Shown here: positions 11,149 to 21,238 of the stretch, one piece after another
Numbering within the stretch: position 1 is the first letter of the stretch
Layout of the letters: each line of letters begins with the position of its first letter
DNA from: Bacteroidota bacterium
GTDB lineage: Bacteria; Bacteroidota; Bacteroidia; Flavobacteriales_E; Vicingaceae
DNA length: 64,000 bases
Direction: 5' to 3'
NCBI GenBank assembly: GCA_016183805.1
Contig: JACPDX010000034.1
Coordinates: 1,122 to 65,121, forward strand
Notes under the pieces: generated by a model
Seen by the model: the letters and a program-made list of their open reading frames with translations, nothing else
Told to the model about the DNA's origin: nothing
Databases searched by the model: none
Program-made: the position numbers and the translations under genes

Positions 11149-11190
11149 GGTTTTACCTTGCTAAAGTAATTAATTTGCTTTAGATGAGGT

Positions 11191-14100
11191 TTAAAATTCA
11201 AATTTCCGAACCATTTCAAATGGTTTTATTAAATTAAGATTTAAGGTAAACCTAATCTTTTCTACATATTTGAGTTGATTCAAATCGCTTGATAATTTAA
11301 TGGGAAAGTAAATTTCACACATGTTTGGAATAAGAATTAACGAAGCTCCAAATCCATAAGCAATTGGAGAAACTTCATCAACTTCATCTCCTTTGTAATT
11401 TCTTGTGGTATATCCGGTTAAACCGAAATCGGCGTACAAACCTATAAATTTAATAGGGGTATTACTTTTTAAATTGATGGCATTTAACCATTTGTCTGAA
11501 GATGAAACAGTAGTGTAATTTTTAAATCCACCATCCGTAATCATAGCTTGTTGATTCAAATGCCCTTCAGTAGTATTTCTTCCAAGTAAAATATGTTCAT
11601 ACAAATAATCGGAATTTCCATTTAGGTTGTAGTTAAATCTTGAACTAGCGTTGTCGTTGTATAAGAATCGACCAACAAAAAAGCGTAAGTCTAAACCAGT
11701 TCCTTTTTTACGGTAGGCAAATTTGTAATTGGCTTCTAAATTAATTTTAACAAATTCAATAGATTGCTGCACATTTACACTTACTTGGTATGGGTTGATA
11801 GGGTTTTTACTTTTTAACCCAACCTTCAAATTATTCACATAATACCTTTCAAAACGCAAATCGTAATAAACATTTCCTTCGTTATTTCTCTTGTAACTGG
11901 CAACTTCTTCAAAAATATTTACAAATTCATAGCTTAAAAAATATTGTTTAAATTGCCGTTCTCTTCGTTTTCTAAAATCAATGTTTATTTGTGGAGATAA
12001 CTTATAGTACTCCAACGATTGAGTTACAGTGCTATTGGGCTTTTCAAAATTCAAATAACTAAACGATGAAGATTTTGTTCCAATAGCAATGTCTTCAAAA
12101 ATGCCGTTGGGTGTGATGTGGTAAAAGATGTTGGCATAACCGTTTACATTTTTTGAACCAAAAGCATACATTGGAGCCAATACATATTCAAACTTTTTGG
12201 TGGGTAGAGAGGCATTATAGATTGCACCACCCAACATAAAATTATCATTGCTGTTCCAACCACCAATTGGAGTAATAAATAATTGGGTTTTATCAGGGTT
12301 TTCAATACTTCCAAACAATTGAATGCGTAATGGTTCTATCGTTTTAAATAAACCTTTGGCTTTTAAGGTGTTGTTTTTTCTTGATATTTCAGGTATTTCG
12401 AGAGTTGCATCAATCTTATAAAAGTCATAATCGTCCAACTTAAATTTTAGCAATCCTCTATTACCGACAGATTCGTACCACTGTGTATAAATAATGGAAT
12501 CGTTTTTTATTCCGGAAACAGAAAAAGGTCCATTAATTTGACCATTATTATTAATTTTCAATAAAATAGAATCGGTACTTGAAGTGTCTTTTTTAGTTCC
12601 TGTTATTTTATAATCAATTTTACGAGTTGTTTTAATTACACCATCAAAAAACCAACTCAAGTTTTTACCTGTTCCATCTTCAAAAATTTTCCTTAAATCG
12701 TTGGGTTGTGGGTGTTTAAACTGCCATTCGTTATAGTATCGTTGCATACATCTATCGAACAATTCATCACCCAAATAAGCTTTTAAATAATCGAAAACAA
12801 TTGCTGTTTTAGAATAAACAATTCCGCCATAATTCAAAGAAGTATATTCTGCCGATTTTTCTTCAATGGGCTGATCTTGGTTCCTTCTTGCATTTATTAA
12901 ATAAGCGAGTTCGTATTGACTTTTATGAGGGTAATGGGCTAAATCAAAAAATTTTAAAAAATTTCTGGTAGAAGTAGAGTCGGAACTTATTAGTTTTGCA
13001 TCAGGATACTTTGTTTCAATGTAACGATTTTCATTGAATGAGTTTAAGCCCTCATCCATCCATGGGTGATCACGCTCGTTACTTCCTAAAATGCCATAAA
13101 ACCAATTGTGCCCAACCTCATGCATGATGACGGTTTCTAAACCAAAATCATTTCCAGACTCTCCAATTACAGTAATGTTTGGATATTCCATCCCGCCACC
13201 GGCACTCAATGCTCCATCAACAGCAGTTACATGATTGTAAGGATAATCGCCATTCCATAATGAATAATAGTAAGTCGCATCATTAATGTATGCTATACTT
13301 TTTTTCCATAAATGAGCTTCATTATTGGTAAACATTGCCCAAGTAGTAACTTTTCGTTTGGAGTGAGGTAAAGCAACTTCCCCTTTTAAAACATGGTAAC
13401 GTTTGTCGGCAAACCAAGCAAAATCGTGTACATTTTCTTGATGAAAATGTAAGGTTTTTACCGTGTCGTTTGAAGCAGGAAACGCCATATCTGTCGAAAA
13501 ATCAATTATTTTACTGGTTTCCTCAGCCAATTGATTTAACCACGCCAATTCTTTCTCACCGTTTACTAAGTCTCCTGTAGCACCAACCACATAATTTTTT
13601 GGTAATCGAATTTTCACATCAAATGTCCCATATTCCGAATAAAATTCGCCTTGGTCTAAATAGGGCATCTGATTCCATCCATTTTTATCATAAACAGCAG
13701 GCTTTGGATACCATTGTGTTATTTGGTAGGATTGACCCATGTGACCTAATCGGGAAAAAACACCTAGCGGAATCTTTACACTAAAAGGAGTCGAAATTTC
13801 TATAGTTTCACCTGGCAATAGTATTTGAGGTAAAAATACTCGACAAATATCTTCATTTTCTAAGGTATATTCCCATTGAAGTGTATTTCCATTTGAGGTA
13901 AAATTAAGGCCATCAATAAATCCAAGTTTAGAGTCGTGGGCATAATACAATTTGGTATCACCCTCCTCCAGTTTTTGTTTACTTAAAGCAGATTTGTAGT
14001 TTTTATAAGCATTTGGCCACAAGTGAAAATAAATAAATTCAAGTTTGTCTGGAGAATTGTTGGTGTATTCAATCTTTTCTGTTGCATCAAGTTGATGAGA

Positions 14101-14223
14101 AACATCATTTAATCGAACATCAATGTCGTAATTAACTTGTTGCTGAAAATAAGGTTTATTTTCTTGGGAAAATAAATTAGTGGTTATTAAAATCAAAAAG
14201 GAAATGTACGTTGTAATTCTCAA
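11191..14223 (-). CDS. M1-family zinc aminopeptidase with long beta-rich C-terminal region
   Basis: Signal peptide; GGMEYP, HEVGH(N)WF, WMDEG, YSKTA motifs. Confidence 0.9.
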   Translation of the reverse strand: MRITTYISFLILITTNLFSQENKPYFQQQVNYDIDVRLNDVSHQLDATEKIEYTNNSPDKLEFIYFHLWPNAYKNYKSALSKQKLEEGDTKLYYAHDSKLGFIDGLNFTSNGNTLQWEYTLENEDICRVFLPQILLPGETIEISTPFSVKIPLGVFSRLGHMGQSYQITQWYPKPAVYDKNGWNQMPYLDQGEFYSEYGTFDVKIRLPKNYVVGATGDLVNGEKELAWLNQLAEETSKIIDFSTDMAFPASNDTVKTLHFHQENVHDFAWFADKRYHVLKGEVALPHSKRKVTTWAMFTNNEAHLWKKSIAYINDATYYYSLWNGDYPYNHVTAVDGALSAGGGMEYPNITVIGESGNDFGLETVIMHEVGHNWFYGILGSNERDHPWMDEGLNSFNENRYIETKYPDAKLISSDSTSTRNFLKFFDLAHYPHKSQYELAYLINARRNQDQPIEEKSAEYTSLNYGGIVYSKTAIVFDYLKAYLGDELFDRCMQRYYNEWQFKHPQPNDLRKIFEDGTGKNLSWFFDGVIKTTRKIDYKITGTKKDTSSTDSILLKINNNGQINGPFSVSGIKNDSIIYTQWYESVGNRGLLKFKLDDYDFYKIDATLEIPEISRKNNTLKAKGLFKTIEPLRIQLFGSIENPDKTQLFITPIGGWNSNDNFMLGGAIYNASLPTKKFEYVLAPMYAFGSKNVNGYANIFYHITPNGIFEDIAIGTKSSSFSYLNFEKPNSTVTQSLEYYKLSPQINIDFRKRRERQFKQYFLSYEFVNIFEEVASYKRNNEGNVYYDLRFERYYVNNLKVGLKSKNPINPYQVSVNVQQSIEFVKINLEANYKFAYRKKGTGLDLRFFVGRFLYNDNASSRFNYNLNGNSDYLYEHILLGRNTTEGHLNQQAMITDGGFKNYTTVSSSDKWLNAINLKSNTPIKFIGLYADFGLTGYTTRNYKGDEVDEVSPIAYGFGASLILIPNMCEIYFPIKLSSDLNQLKYVEKIRFTLNLNLIKPFEMVRKFEF

Positions 14224-14234
14224 AATCTAAACAA

Positions 14235-14870
14235 TTATTTTTTTTCGTTTGCAGCTATACGCACTGATATTTTTTCACTAATCATTGAAGTCAAAATATC
14301 AATGGCAACTTTATTTTCTCCACCTACAGGTATTATTAAATCAGCATATTTCATGGTAGGTTCAATAAACTGATTGTGCATAGGTTTTAAAGTTTTTTCA
14401 TATCTGGACAATACTTCTTCTAAATCCCTACCTCGCTCATTAATATCTCTTTTTATTCGTCGAATTAAACGTAAATCGGCATCGGTATGAACAAATATTT
14501 TTATGTCACATAATTTTCGTAGAGCTTCATTAGTAAAAATTAAAATTCCTTCAACAATTAAAATTTCTTTTGGATGAATTACAGTATAATCTTCTGTTCT
14601 GGAGTGGGTGGTATAAGAATAAATAGGTTGTTCAATGGGTTGGTTATTTTTTAATGTAGATAAATGGCTTAATAATAAATCAAAATCAATTGAATTGGGA
14701 TGGTCGTAATTAATTTTTTGACGTTCTTCAAAAGTTAAATCGGTATTATAATTATAATAAGAGTCTTGCATTAAAATAGCCACATTTTTTTCGGGTACAA
14801 CGTGTGCAATTTTTTGAACAACTGTTGTTTTTCCTGACCCTGTTCCTCCTGCAATGCCAATTATTATCAT
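14235..14870 (-). CDS. udk: Uridine kinase
   Basis: GIAGGTGSGKTT, NYDHPNSIDF, IVEGILIF, RRIKRDINERGR. Confidence 0.95.
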   Translation of the reverse strand: MIIIGIAGGTGSGKTTVVQKIAHVVPEKNVAILMQDSYYNYNTDLTFEERQKINYDHPNSIDFDLLLSHLSTLKNNQPIEQPIYSYTTHSRTEDYTVIHPKEILIVEGILIFTNEALRKLCDIKIFVHTDADLRLIRRIKRDINERGRDLEEVLSRYEKTLKPMHNQFIEPTMKYADLIIPVGGENKVAIDILTSMISEKISVRIAANEKK

Positions 14871-14872
14871 TA

Positions 14873-14907
14873 GTCTAGTTTTTAATCTCTAATCTTAAAT
14901 TGTAAAT
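14873..14907 (-). repeat. Degenerate heptamer tandem array
   Basis: ATTTACA ATTTAAG ATTAGAG ATTAAAA ACTAGAC; encodes the PNP tail IYNLRLEIKN and its stop. Confidence 0.55.
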
Positions 14908-15714
14908 AGTAGCCAATAATTCTTTAATCAAAAAAGTCATGATTGGTTCTGAATTTTTAGCTATTTCTTGAACTTCTTCATGGCTAATTTCTACAATTTT
15001 TCCTTTTACACCCAAATCAGTAATTATAGATAAAGCTACACAAGGCAAACCAATATGATTGGCAACAATTACCTCAGGAACCGTACTCATTCCTACAGCA
15101 TCTGCACCAATAATTCTGGCATAATTATATTCTGCAGGAGTTTCATAAGTTGGTCCTGATAAAGCTGCATAAACACCTTCTTGAAGCTTAATTTTATTGG
15201 TAGATGCCACCTCTTTAATAATGTTGTTTAATTTAATAGAATAAGGTTCACTCATGTCAGGAAATCGTGGGCCAAGTTCATCAATGTTTTTACCACGCAA
15301 AGGGTTGTCGGGTAATAAATTGATGTGGTCATTAATGAGCATAATATCACCAATTTCAAAAGTATTATTTACGCCACCGCTTGCATTACTTAAAATAAGT
15401 TGTTTAATGCCTAATGCATGTAAAACTCGTATTGGAAAAGTACATTGTTGGGCAGTATATCCTTCATAATAATGAAACCTTCCTTTCATGGCAACGATAG
15501 CGATACCATTTAATTTTCCAATAATTAAACTTCCTTGATGACCTTCAACAGTAGAAATAGGGAAGTGAGGAATTTTTTCATAAGGAATAGAAATTTCAAT
15601 CTCAATATTGGTAGTCAAGTTTCCAAGTCCACTTCCTAAAACAATACCTACTAAAGGTTTTGTATCGGTTAACGATTCAATATAATTTTTAGCTTTTTGT
15701 ATTTGCTCTAACAT
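14875..15714 (-). CDS. punA: Purine-nucleoside phosphorylase (trimeric PNP type)
   Basis: VLGSGLG, GRFHYYEGY, GPTYETPAE, GADAVGMSTVPE. Confidence 0.92.
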   Translation of the reverse strand: MLEQIQKAKNYIESLTDTKPLVGIVLGSGLGNLTTNIEIEISIPYEKIPHFPISTVEGHQGSLIIGKLNGIAIVAMKGRFHYYEGYTAQQCTFPIRVLHALGIKQLILSNASGGVNNTFEIGDIMLINDHINLLPDNPLRGKNIDELGPRFPDMSEPYSIKLNNIIKEVASTNKIKLQEGVYAALSGPTYETPAEYNYARIIGADAVGMSTVPEVIVANHIGLPCVALSIITDLGVKGKIVEISHEEVQEIAKNSEPIMTFLIKELLATIYNLRLEIKN

Positions 15715-16756
15715 ACTTTAATATTTTATTATCGAATTCCTCTTTGTCGTTTCCATGAAAGCATACTTCTATAGGCAAATAAAAAATTGGAAGTTCCTCA
15801 ATTTGTTCTTTAATTTCGGGCAAAGATAATCTCATAATATCTTTTTCTGTAGATATTATTAATTTATTATTTCCAAATAAATTAGCAAAGGCAGTTTTAA
15901 TATTATCTATGTCTTGAATATTAAAAGAATGATGGTCGGGATACTTAATATGTTCTACACTACTATAGTAATCTTTTAGGTGATAAAATAATGGTGCAGG
16001 TTTAGCTATCCCGGTAATTAACAAAACAGAACAGTTAGTATAGTCTTGAAAATTTATTGCTTCTGCATGTGCAGTATAAGGAACCAAATCGCCATATTTT
16101 GTATAGGAGAAAAATATCTCCTGATATGGTTTGGGGTTTAACTCCTCTTTTATTCGCCTTCTATCCAGAGGAGAAAGTATTTCAGGAGTTTTAGATACAA
16201 CGATAATGTCAGCTCTTGAACTTCCAATCGACCATTCTCTTAATCGCCCAGAAGGCAAAACAAAATCATCAATATAAAGTTTAGAGTAATCAGTAACTAA
16301 AATATTAATACCCGGCTTTACTGCTCTGTGTTGGTATGCATCGTCTAAAATAATAATTTTAGTTTCAGGTGATGAATTTTTAATAGTTTGAATACCTCGA
16401 ACCCTTTTTTCATCAACTGCAACAATAATATTATCAAATTTAGTTTTATATTGTAAAGGCTCATCACCAATATCATGTATGGTTGAATTTTCATTTGCCT
16501 GAATAAATCCTTTGGTATTTCTTTTATAACCTCTGCTTAATGTGGCTACCTTGTATTCATTCAAAAGCCTGATTAAATATTCAACATGTGGAGTTTTACC
16601 AACACCACCCACATTTAAATTTCCTACAGAAATAATGGATAAACTAAATTCAATTGATTGGAGCAATTCAAAATCATATAATTTGTTTCTTAAATAGGTA
16701 GTTACCCCATATATTAATGAAATAGGATACAATAATATGCTCAATAATTTGTTCAA
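15689..16756 (-). CDS. lpxK: Tetraacyldisaccharide 4'-kinase
   Basis: VGNLNVGGVGKTP, LSRGYKR, IGDEP, ILDDAYQHR, LPSGRLRE, STEKD. Confidence 0.95.
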   Translation of the reverse strand: MNKLLSILLYPISLIYGVTTYLRNKLYDFELLQSIEFSLSIISVGNLNVGGVGKTPHVEYLIRLLNEYKVATLSRGYKRNTKGFIQANENSTIHDIGDEPLQYKTKFDNIIVAVDEKRVRGIQTIKNSSPETKIIILDDAYQHRAVKPGINILVTDYSKLYIDDFVLPSGRLREWSIGSSRADIIVVSKTPEILSPLDRRRIKEELNPKPYQEIFFSYTKYGDLVPYTAHAEAINFQDYTNCSVLLITGIAKPAPLFYHLKDYYSSVEHIKYPDHHSFNIQDIDNIKTAFANLFGNNKLIISTEKDIMRLSLPEIKEQIEELPIFYLPIEVCFHGNDKEEFDNKILKYVRANTKS

Positions 16757-16869
16757 TAATTATAGTTTAATAAACTTGGATTTGTTCGTAAATGTGATAA
16801 AAAATAAGTTGCATTACAATTATTTCATAAAAATAATTAAAAAACTTGCATTTTAAATAAAAATTGCTT

Positions 16870-16877
16870 TAACTTTG
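16870..16877 (+). promoter_or_regulatory. -7 promoter element for small lipoprotein gene
   Basis: TAACTTTG with TTG about 21 nt upstream; ATG lies only 6 nt downstream. Confidence 0.55.
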
Positions 16878-16883
16878 TATGTG

Positions 16884-17138
16884 ATGAGTACAAGTATTAA
16901 AATATCAAATCTAATAAAAGGGTTGTTACTTATGGTAATAACTACTTTTGTATTTGCTTGTTCTAAGTGTGAAGGGCCAACCCCAATGTCTTCATCAAAT
17001 TCATCCAATTCCAAATCTTCGTCTTCAATTATTTCTAACGATAATTTACCTTCAACTGAAAAAACATCGGGGGTAGTTGGGGGTGATGACAAAGAAGATG
17101 ATGACGATAATAGAGGTGGTTTTCCAAAAAGAAAATAA
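16884..17138 (+). CDS. Small Ser-rich/acidic lipoprotein
   Basis: Hydrophobic stretch with lipobox VFA-C, Ser-rich linker, GGDDKEDDDD tail; own promoter. Confidence 0.6.
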   Translation: MSTSIKISNLIKGLLLMVITTFVFACSKCEGPTPMSSSNSSNSKSSSSIISNDNLPSTEKTSGVVGGDDKEDDDDNRGGFPKRK

Positions 17139-17229
17139 CATTCTTCTTCTCCTAAAAAGATATAATACAATATCTTCTTTAATTTTCTATTAACCAAGTT
17201 TCGCAAACTTTTTTATTATTGTATATTAA

Positions 17230-17262
17230 AGAAGCAAAGCTTTTTTACAAAACTTTGCTTCT
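17230..17262. repeat. REP-like palindrome
   Basis: AGAAGCAAAGCTTT / AAAACTTTGCTTCT; same family as 4007-4039. Confidence 0.65.
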
Positions 17263-17283
17263 AATCAAAGAAAAAAAATCAAA

Positions 17284-17313
17284 ACACAAAACCATCTATT
17301 TTTCAACCGTTAA
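17284..17313 (+). promoter_or_regulatory. Bipartite motif ACACAAAAC-N13-ACCGTTAA, copy 1
   Basis: Identical halves and spacing at 27618-27647. Confidence 0.6.
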
Positions 17314-17366
17314 TCAAATACTGTGTATAAGTTTCCAACATTCTTTATAAATTTACACTATAATTA

Positions 17367-17399
17367 TTTGGATTAAAAAATATATATTCTATATCTTTG
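17367..17399 (+). promoter_or_regulatory. Primary-sigma promoter of the TonB receptor operon
   Basis: TTTG (17367-17370), 21-nt spacer, TATCTTTG (17392-17399). Confidence 0.7.
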
Positions 17400-17449
17400 G
17401 CTCCTCTTAATTTGCACGAATAATAATTTTATAGATTAAATTACTGAAT

Positions 17450-20400
17450 ATGTTGAAAAGACTAGCTGTTTTTACGTTGTCCATGTTTATCGGATTTGTT
17501 GCTTATGCACAATCAGGGACAATAAAAGGTAAAATGATTGATAAGGCAACAAACGAACCGTTACCTTTCGCCAATATTGTTGTTTTTAAAGGTGGAGCCC
17601 AAGTGGCAGGAACCATGACAGATATGGATGGCAAATACACCATTTCAGCATTATCTCCAGGTACTTATGAAATTCAGGCTTCTTATGTAGGTTATCAACC
17701 GGTAAAAATGTCGGGTGTTGTAGTTAATGATGGAAAAATTACCTTTTCAGATATTAAAGCAGGTCAAGGTATTGACTTGGAGGGTTTTGAATTGTTTGAT
17801 TATGAAGTTCCATTGATTTCTAAGGATCAAACTTCTTCTGGTGGTACTGTTTCAAGAGAAGATATTGCTAAAATGCCAGGGCGTTCTGCTGCATCTATAG
17901 CACAAACTGTAGGTGGAGTAAACGTTAATGAAGATGGTTCATATAACATTAGAGGTTCGAGAACATCGGGTACCGATACTTATATAGATGGTATTCGTGT
18001 TAGGGGTTCAGCTAATTTACCGAATGCTGCCATTGAACAAGTTACTGTTATTACCGGTGGTATGCCTGCTGAATACGGTGATGCTACAGGTGGTATAGTT
18101 AGTATAACAACTCGTGGAGCCTCTAAAGAATGGTTTGGAGGACTAGAATATTTAACTTCAGGCTTTAAATCTGGTAAAAAAGTTGTCGGTTTAGATCAAT
18201 TTGGGTATAACTTGTTAGGTTTTAACTTAGCCGGACCTTTATTTACTAGGAAGGATACTGCTGGTAATAAAACTGATGCTATTGCCGGTTTCTTTATTTC
18301 AGGTGAGTTTAAAAGTGAAGTTGATTCACGACCATCAGCTATAAATAATTATAAAGTGAATGATGAAGTAATGGATGAGTTGAATGCAAATCCCTACATT
18401 AGAAGGCTTGATGATGCCAATAGCATAATAAACAGTGCTTCTTATGTGAAAGCAAGCGATTTAGAAACCACAAGATTCAGACAAAATGTTGGAAGAAAAG
18501 GAATGAATTTGTCTGGTAAAATAGATATTTCTCCTACTAAAAATACGACCATTACTTTAGGAGGAACATTTGATTTTGAGGATAGAAATGCTGAAGTTCG
18601 TAGTACATCAGGAGCATATTCATTATTTAATTCACAAAAAAACCCTCAAGTTATTGATCGTACATGGAGAACTTACGCCAGATTTACACAACGTTTTGAT
18701 AACAATGAAGATAAAGACAATCCTGCTTTAATTAAAAATGCATTTATTTCTTTACAAGCAGATTATTCAAATGTTTTTAATAAAGTTCAAGATGAAGATC
18801 ATCAAGATCAATTAGCAAATTACGGTTACATTGGTAAATTTAAATCTACTAAAGAACAAACGTTTAACATGGGTCAATCTCCAGAAACATTTATTTCGCT
18901 TGATGCAAACGGTAACGCTGTAGATACCATTAGAGGGTATTTAGCAACAAACGAAGTAACCCTTTATGAGTTTACCAGAGATGAGATAAATCCTATTTTA
19001 GCTAACTACACTGATAATTATTATCAAATTTTTGCCAACGATCCTATCGGTAATTGGGAGCGTCCTTCACAGGTTCAAGGTCAAGGAGGACTGTTAAATG
19101 GTGATAGTCCAGGTTCGGTGTATAATTTATGGTCTTCTATGGGTACCCAATACAATGGTTACCAAATGACTAATCAAGATCAATGGAGAATTACTATTGC
19201 TGGTAGTGCCGAAATTAAAGGGCATTCCATTAAAGTTGGATTTCAATATGAACAACGAACAATTAGTTCGTACAATATTTCACCTGTCGGTTTATGGACA
19301 ACAGGAAGAGGTTTAGTAAATACACATTTAGACAATAGAGATTTTACCGAAGGAAATTATAGCGTTGGAACTTCTCCTTTTTATTGGCCGACTTCAGATT
19401 CTACTAGTGCCACAGGTTTTGATACGTTATATCAATATACTTTTCAACCATTTTATGGAGCCAATCAAACTCAATTTGATAAAAATATCAGAGCAAAATT
19501 AGGATTAGCTGAACAAGGGTTAGATTGGATAGATTTTGATTCTTATGGTAATGGTTTATGGTCTGTATCTGATTTTACTGCCGATGATTTATTGAATAAC
19601 TATGGTCAAAACGGTATTAATTATTATGGTTATGATTACACCGGTAAAAAATTATCAGGAAATCCTTCATTAGATGATTTTTTCTACGATACAGATGACA
19701 ATGGAAATTTAAAAAGAGAATTAGGTGCATTTAAACCAATTTATATGGCAGGTTATATTCAGGATAAATTTGCTTTCGAGGATTTAATTTTTAACATTGG
19801 TGTTCGAGTAGATAGATATGATGCCAATCAACCCGTTTTAAAAGACAAATATTCTATGTTTCCTGTGAAAACCGTTTCTGAAGTAGGTAATATTCCTGAT
19901 AAACCGTCGAATATTGGTAATGATTTTGTAGTATATGTTGCCGATGCAGGAGACCCTTCTGTGAATGCTATTGTTGGTTATCGTGATGGCGATACTTGGT
20001 ATGATGCTGATGGTAAAGAATTAACCGATCCATCTGTTCTTCATGCTACCGGCACTCCAAACCCATGGTTGGTTGATGCAAACGATAATTCGGTAATAAA
20101 AGATTTAAGCCCTGCTTCTTTTAAAGATTATGTGCCTCAAATTAATGTATCTCCTCGTATTGCGTTTTCTTTCCCAATATCTGATGAAGCCTTGTTTTTT
20201 GCACACTACGATGTGTTAACTCAACGACCTTCATCAAACAGTAGTTTGCAATTGATAGATTATTTGTTGATACAAAATAATACCAATAGAATCAATAACC
20301 CTGATTTAAAGGCAGAAAGAACCATCGATTATGAATTAGGATTTCAGCAAAAATTGAATAACTATTCATCATTAAAAATTGCAGCTTTTTATCGTGAACA

Positions 20401-21208
20401 AAAAGATATGATTCAAGTAGTTAGAGTAACAGGTGCTTATCCTGAAAATTATTTGTCCTACGGTAATCAAGATTTTGGTACAGTTAAAGGTATGACCTTT
20501 TCTTATGATTTAAGAAGAAAAGGTAATTTTTCGATGAGAGCATCTTATACGTTGCAGTTTGCTGATGGAACAGGTTCCAGCTCGACAACATCGCTAAATT
20601 TAGTTTCTAGTGGTAACAGTAATCTAAAAACATTAATGCCTTTGTCTTTCGATCAACGTCATGTGATTGTATTAGCTTCAGATTATAGATACGGTGCCGG
20701 AAAAGATTATACAGGCCCTGTACTTTTTGGTAAAGAAATCCTAGCAAATACTGGTGCCAACATTATTTTTAGAACAGCATCGGGTGAACCTTATACCAAA
20801 ACATCAAGAGTTGTGAATAGTTCGGTAATATCTGGAGCATTTAACAGCCCAATGGTTGGTTCATTTAATACTTCTCGGTTGCCTTGGACAACTACTGTGG
20901 ATTTAAAAGTGGATAAAAATATTGATTTAAAATGGGGTAAAGGTGAAGGAGAAGAAAGAACTAAAGCGTACTTAAATATATATTTCCAAATTTTGAATGT
21001 ATTAAACACTCAAAATATATTAGATGTGTATTCTGCTACAGGAAATGCTGATGACGATGGGTTTTTGGCTGCTGCCGAATGGCAAACATTAATTTCAGCC
21101 AATGCTGATGAACAAGCTTTTAGAGATTTATATCAGGCAAAAATGGCAGATCCAGCGAATTATGCTTTACCTCGAAGAATCAGATTAGGATTACAGTTAA
21201 ATTTTTAA
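17450..21208 (+). CDS. TonB-dependent receptor with N-terminal carboxypeptidase-regulatory-like domain
   Basis: Signal peptide; GTIKGKMID...PLPFANIV N-domain; plug IRGSR...YIDG...IEQVTVITGGMPAEYGDATGGIVSITT; LKAERTIDYELG; C-terminal PRRIRLGLQLNF. Confidence 0.92.
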   Translation: MLKRLAVFTLSMFIGFVAYAQSGTIKGKMIDKATNEPLPFANIVVFKGGAQVAGTMTDMDGKYTISALSPGTYEIQASYVGYQPVKMSGVVVNDGKITFSDIKAGQGIDLEGFELFDYEVPLISKDQTSSGGTVSREDIAKMPGRSAASIAQTVGGVNVNEDGSYNIRGSRTSGTDTYIDGIRVRGSANLPNAAIEQVTVITGGMPAEYGDATGGIVSITTRGASKEWFGGLEYLTSGFKSGKKVVGLDQFGYNLLGFNLAGPLFTRKDTAGNKTDAIAGFFISGEFKSEVDSRPSAINNYKVNDEVMDELNANPYIRRLDDANSIINSASYVKASDLETTRFRQNVGRKGMNLSGKIDISPTKNTTITLGGTFDFEDRNAEVRSTSGAYSLFNSQKNPQVIDRTWRTYARFTQRFDNNEDKDNPALIKNAFISLQADYSNVFNKVQDEDHQDQLANYGYIGKFKSTKEQTFNMGQSPETFISLDANGNAVDTIRGYLATNEVTLYEFTRDEINPILANYTDNYYQIFANDPIGNWERPSQVQGQGGLLNGDSPGSVYNLWSSMGTQYNGYQMTNQDQWRITIAGSAEIKGHSIKVGFQYEQRTISSYNISPVGLWTTGRGLVNTHLDNRDFTEGNYSVGTSPFYWPTSDSTSATGFDTLYQYTFQPFYGANQTQFDKNIRAKLGLAEQGLDWIDFDSYGNGLWSVSDFTADDLLNNYGQNGINYYGYDYTGKKLSGNPSLDDFFYDTDDNGNLKRELGAFKPIYMAGYIQDKFAFEDLIFNIGVRVDRYDANQPVLKDKYSMFPVKTVSEVGNIPDKPSNIGNDFVVYVADAGDPSVNAIVGYRDGDTWYDADGKELTDPSVLHATGTPNPWLVDANDNSVIKDLSPASFKDYVPQINVSPRIAFSFPISDEALFFAHYDVLTQRPSSNSSLQLIDYLLIQNNTNRINNPDLKAERTIDYELGFQQKLNNYSSLKIAAFYREQKDMIQVVRVTGAYPENYLSYGNQDFGTVKGMTFSYDLRRKGNFSMRASYTLQFADGTGSSSTTSLNLVSSGNSNLKTLMPLSFDQRHVIVLASDYRYGAGKDYTGPVLFGKEILANTGANIIFRTASGEPYTKTSRVVNSSVISGAFNSPMVGSFNTSRLPWTTTVDLKVDKNIDLKWGKGEGEERTKAYLNIYFQILNVLNTQNILDVYSATGNADDDGFLAAAEWQTLISANADEQAFRDLYQAKMADPANYALPRRIRLGLQLNF

Positions 21209-21238
21209 AAGAATTACCTACTTAAAAGATAGATAGAT

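Noticed and set aside
16853-17206. 117-aa minus-strand ORF
   Set aside because: Antisense of the small lipoprotein, which has the promoter and lipobox; its poly-Ser/acidic runs mirror the plus-strand low complexity
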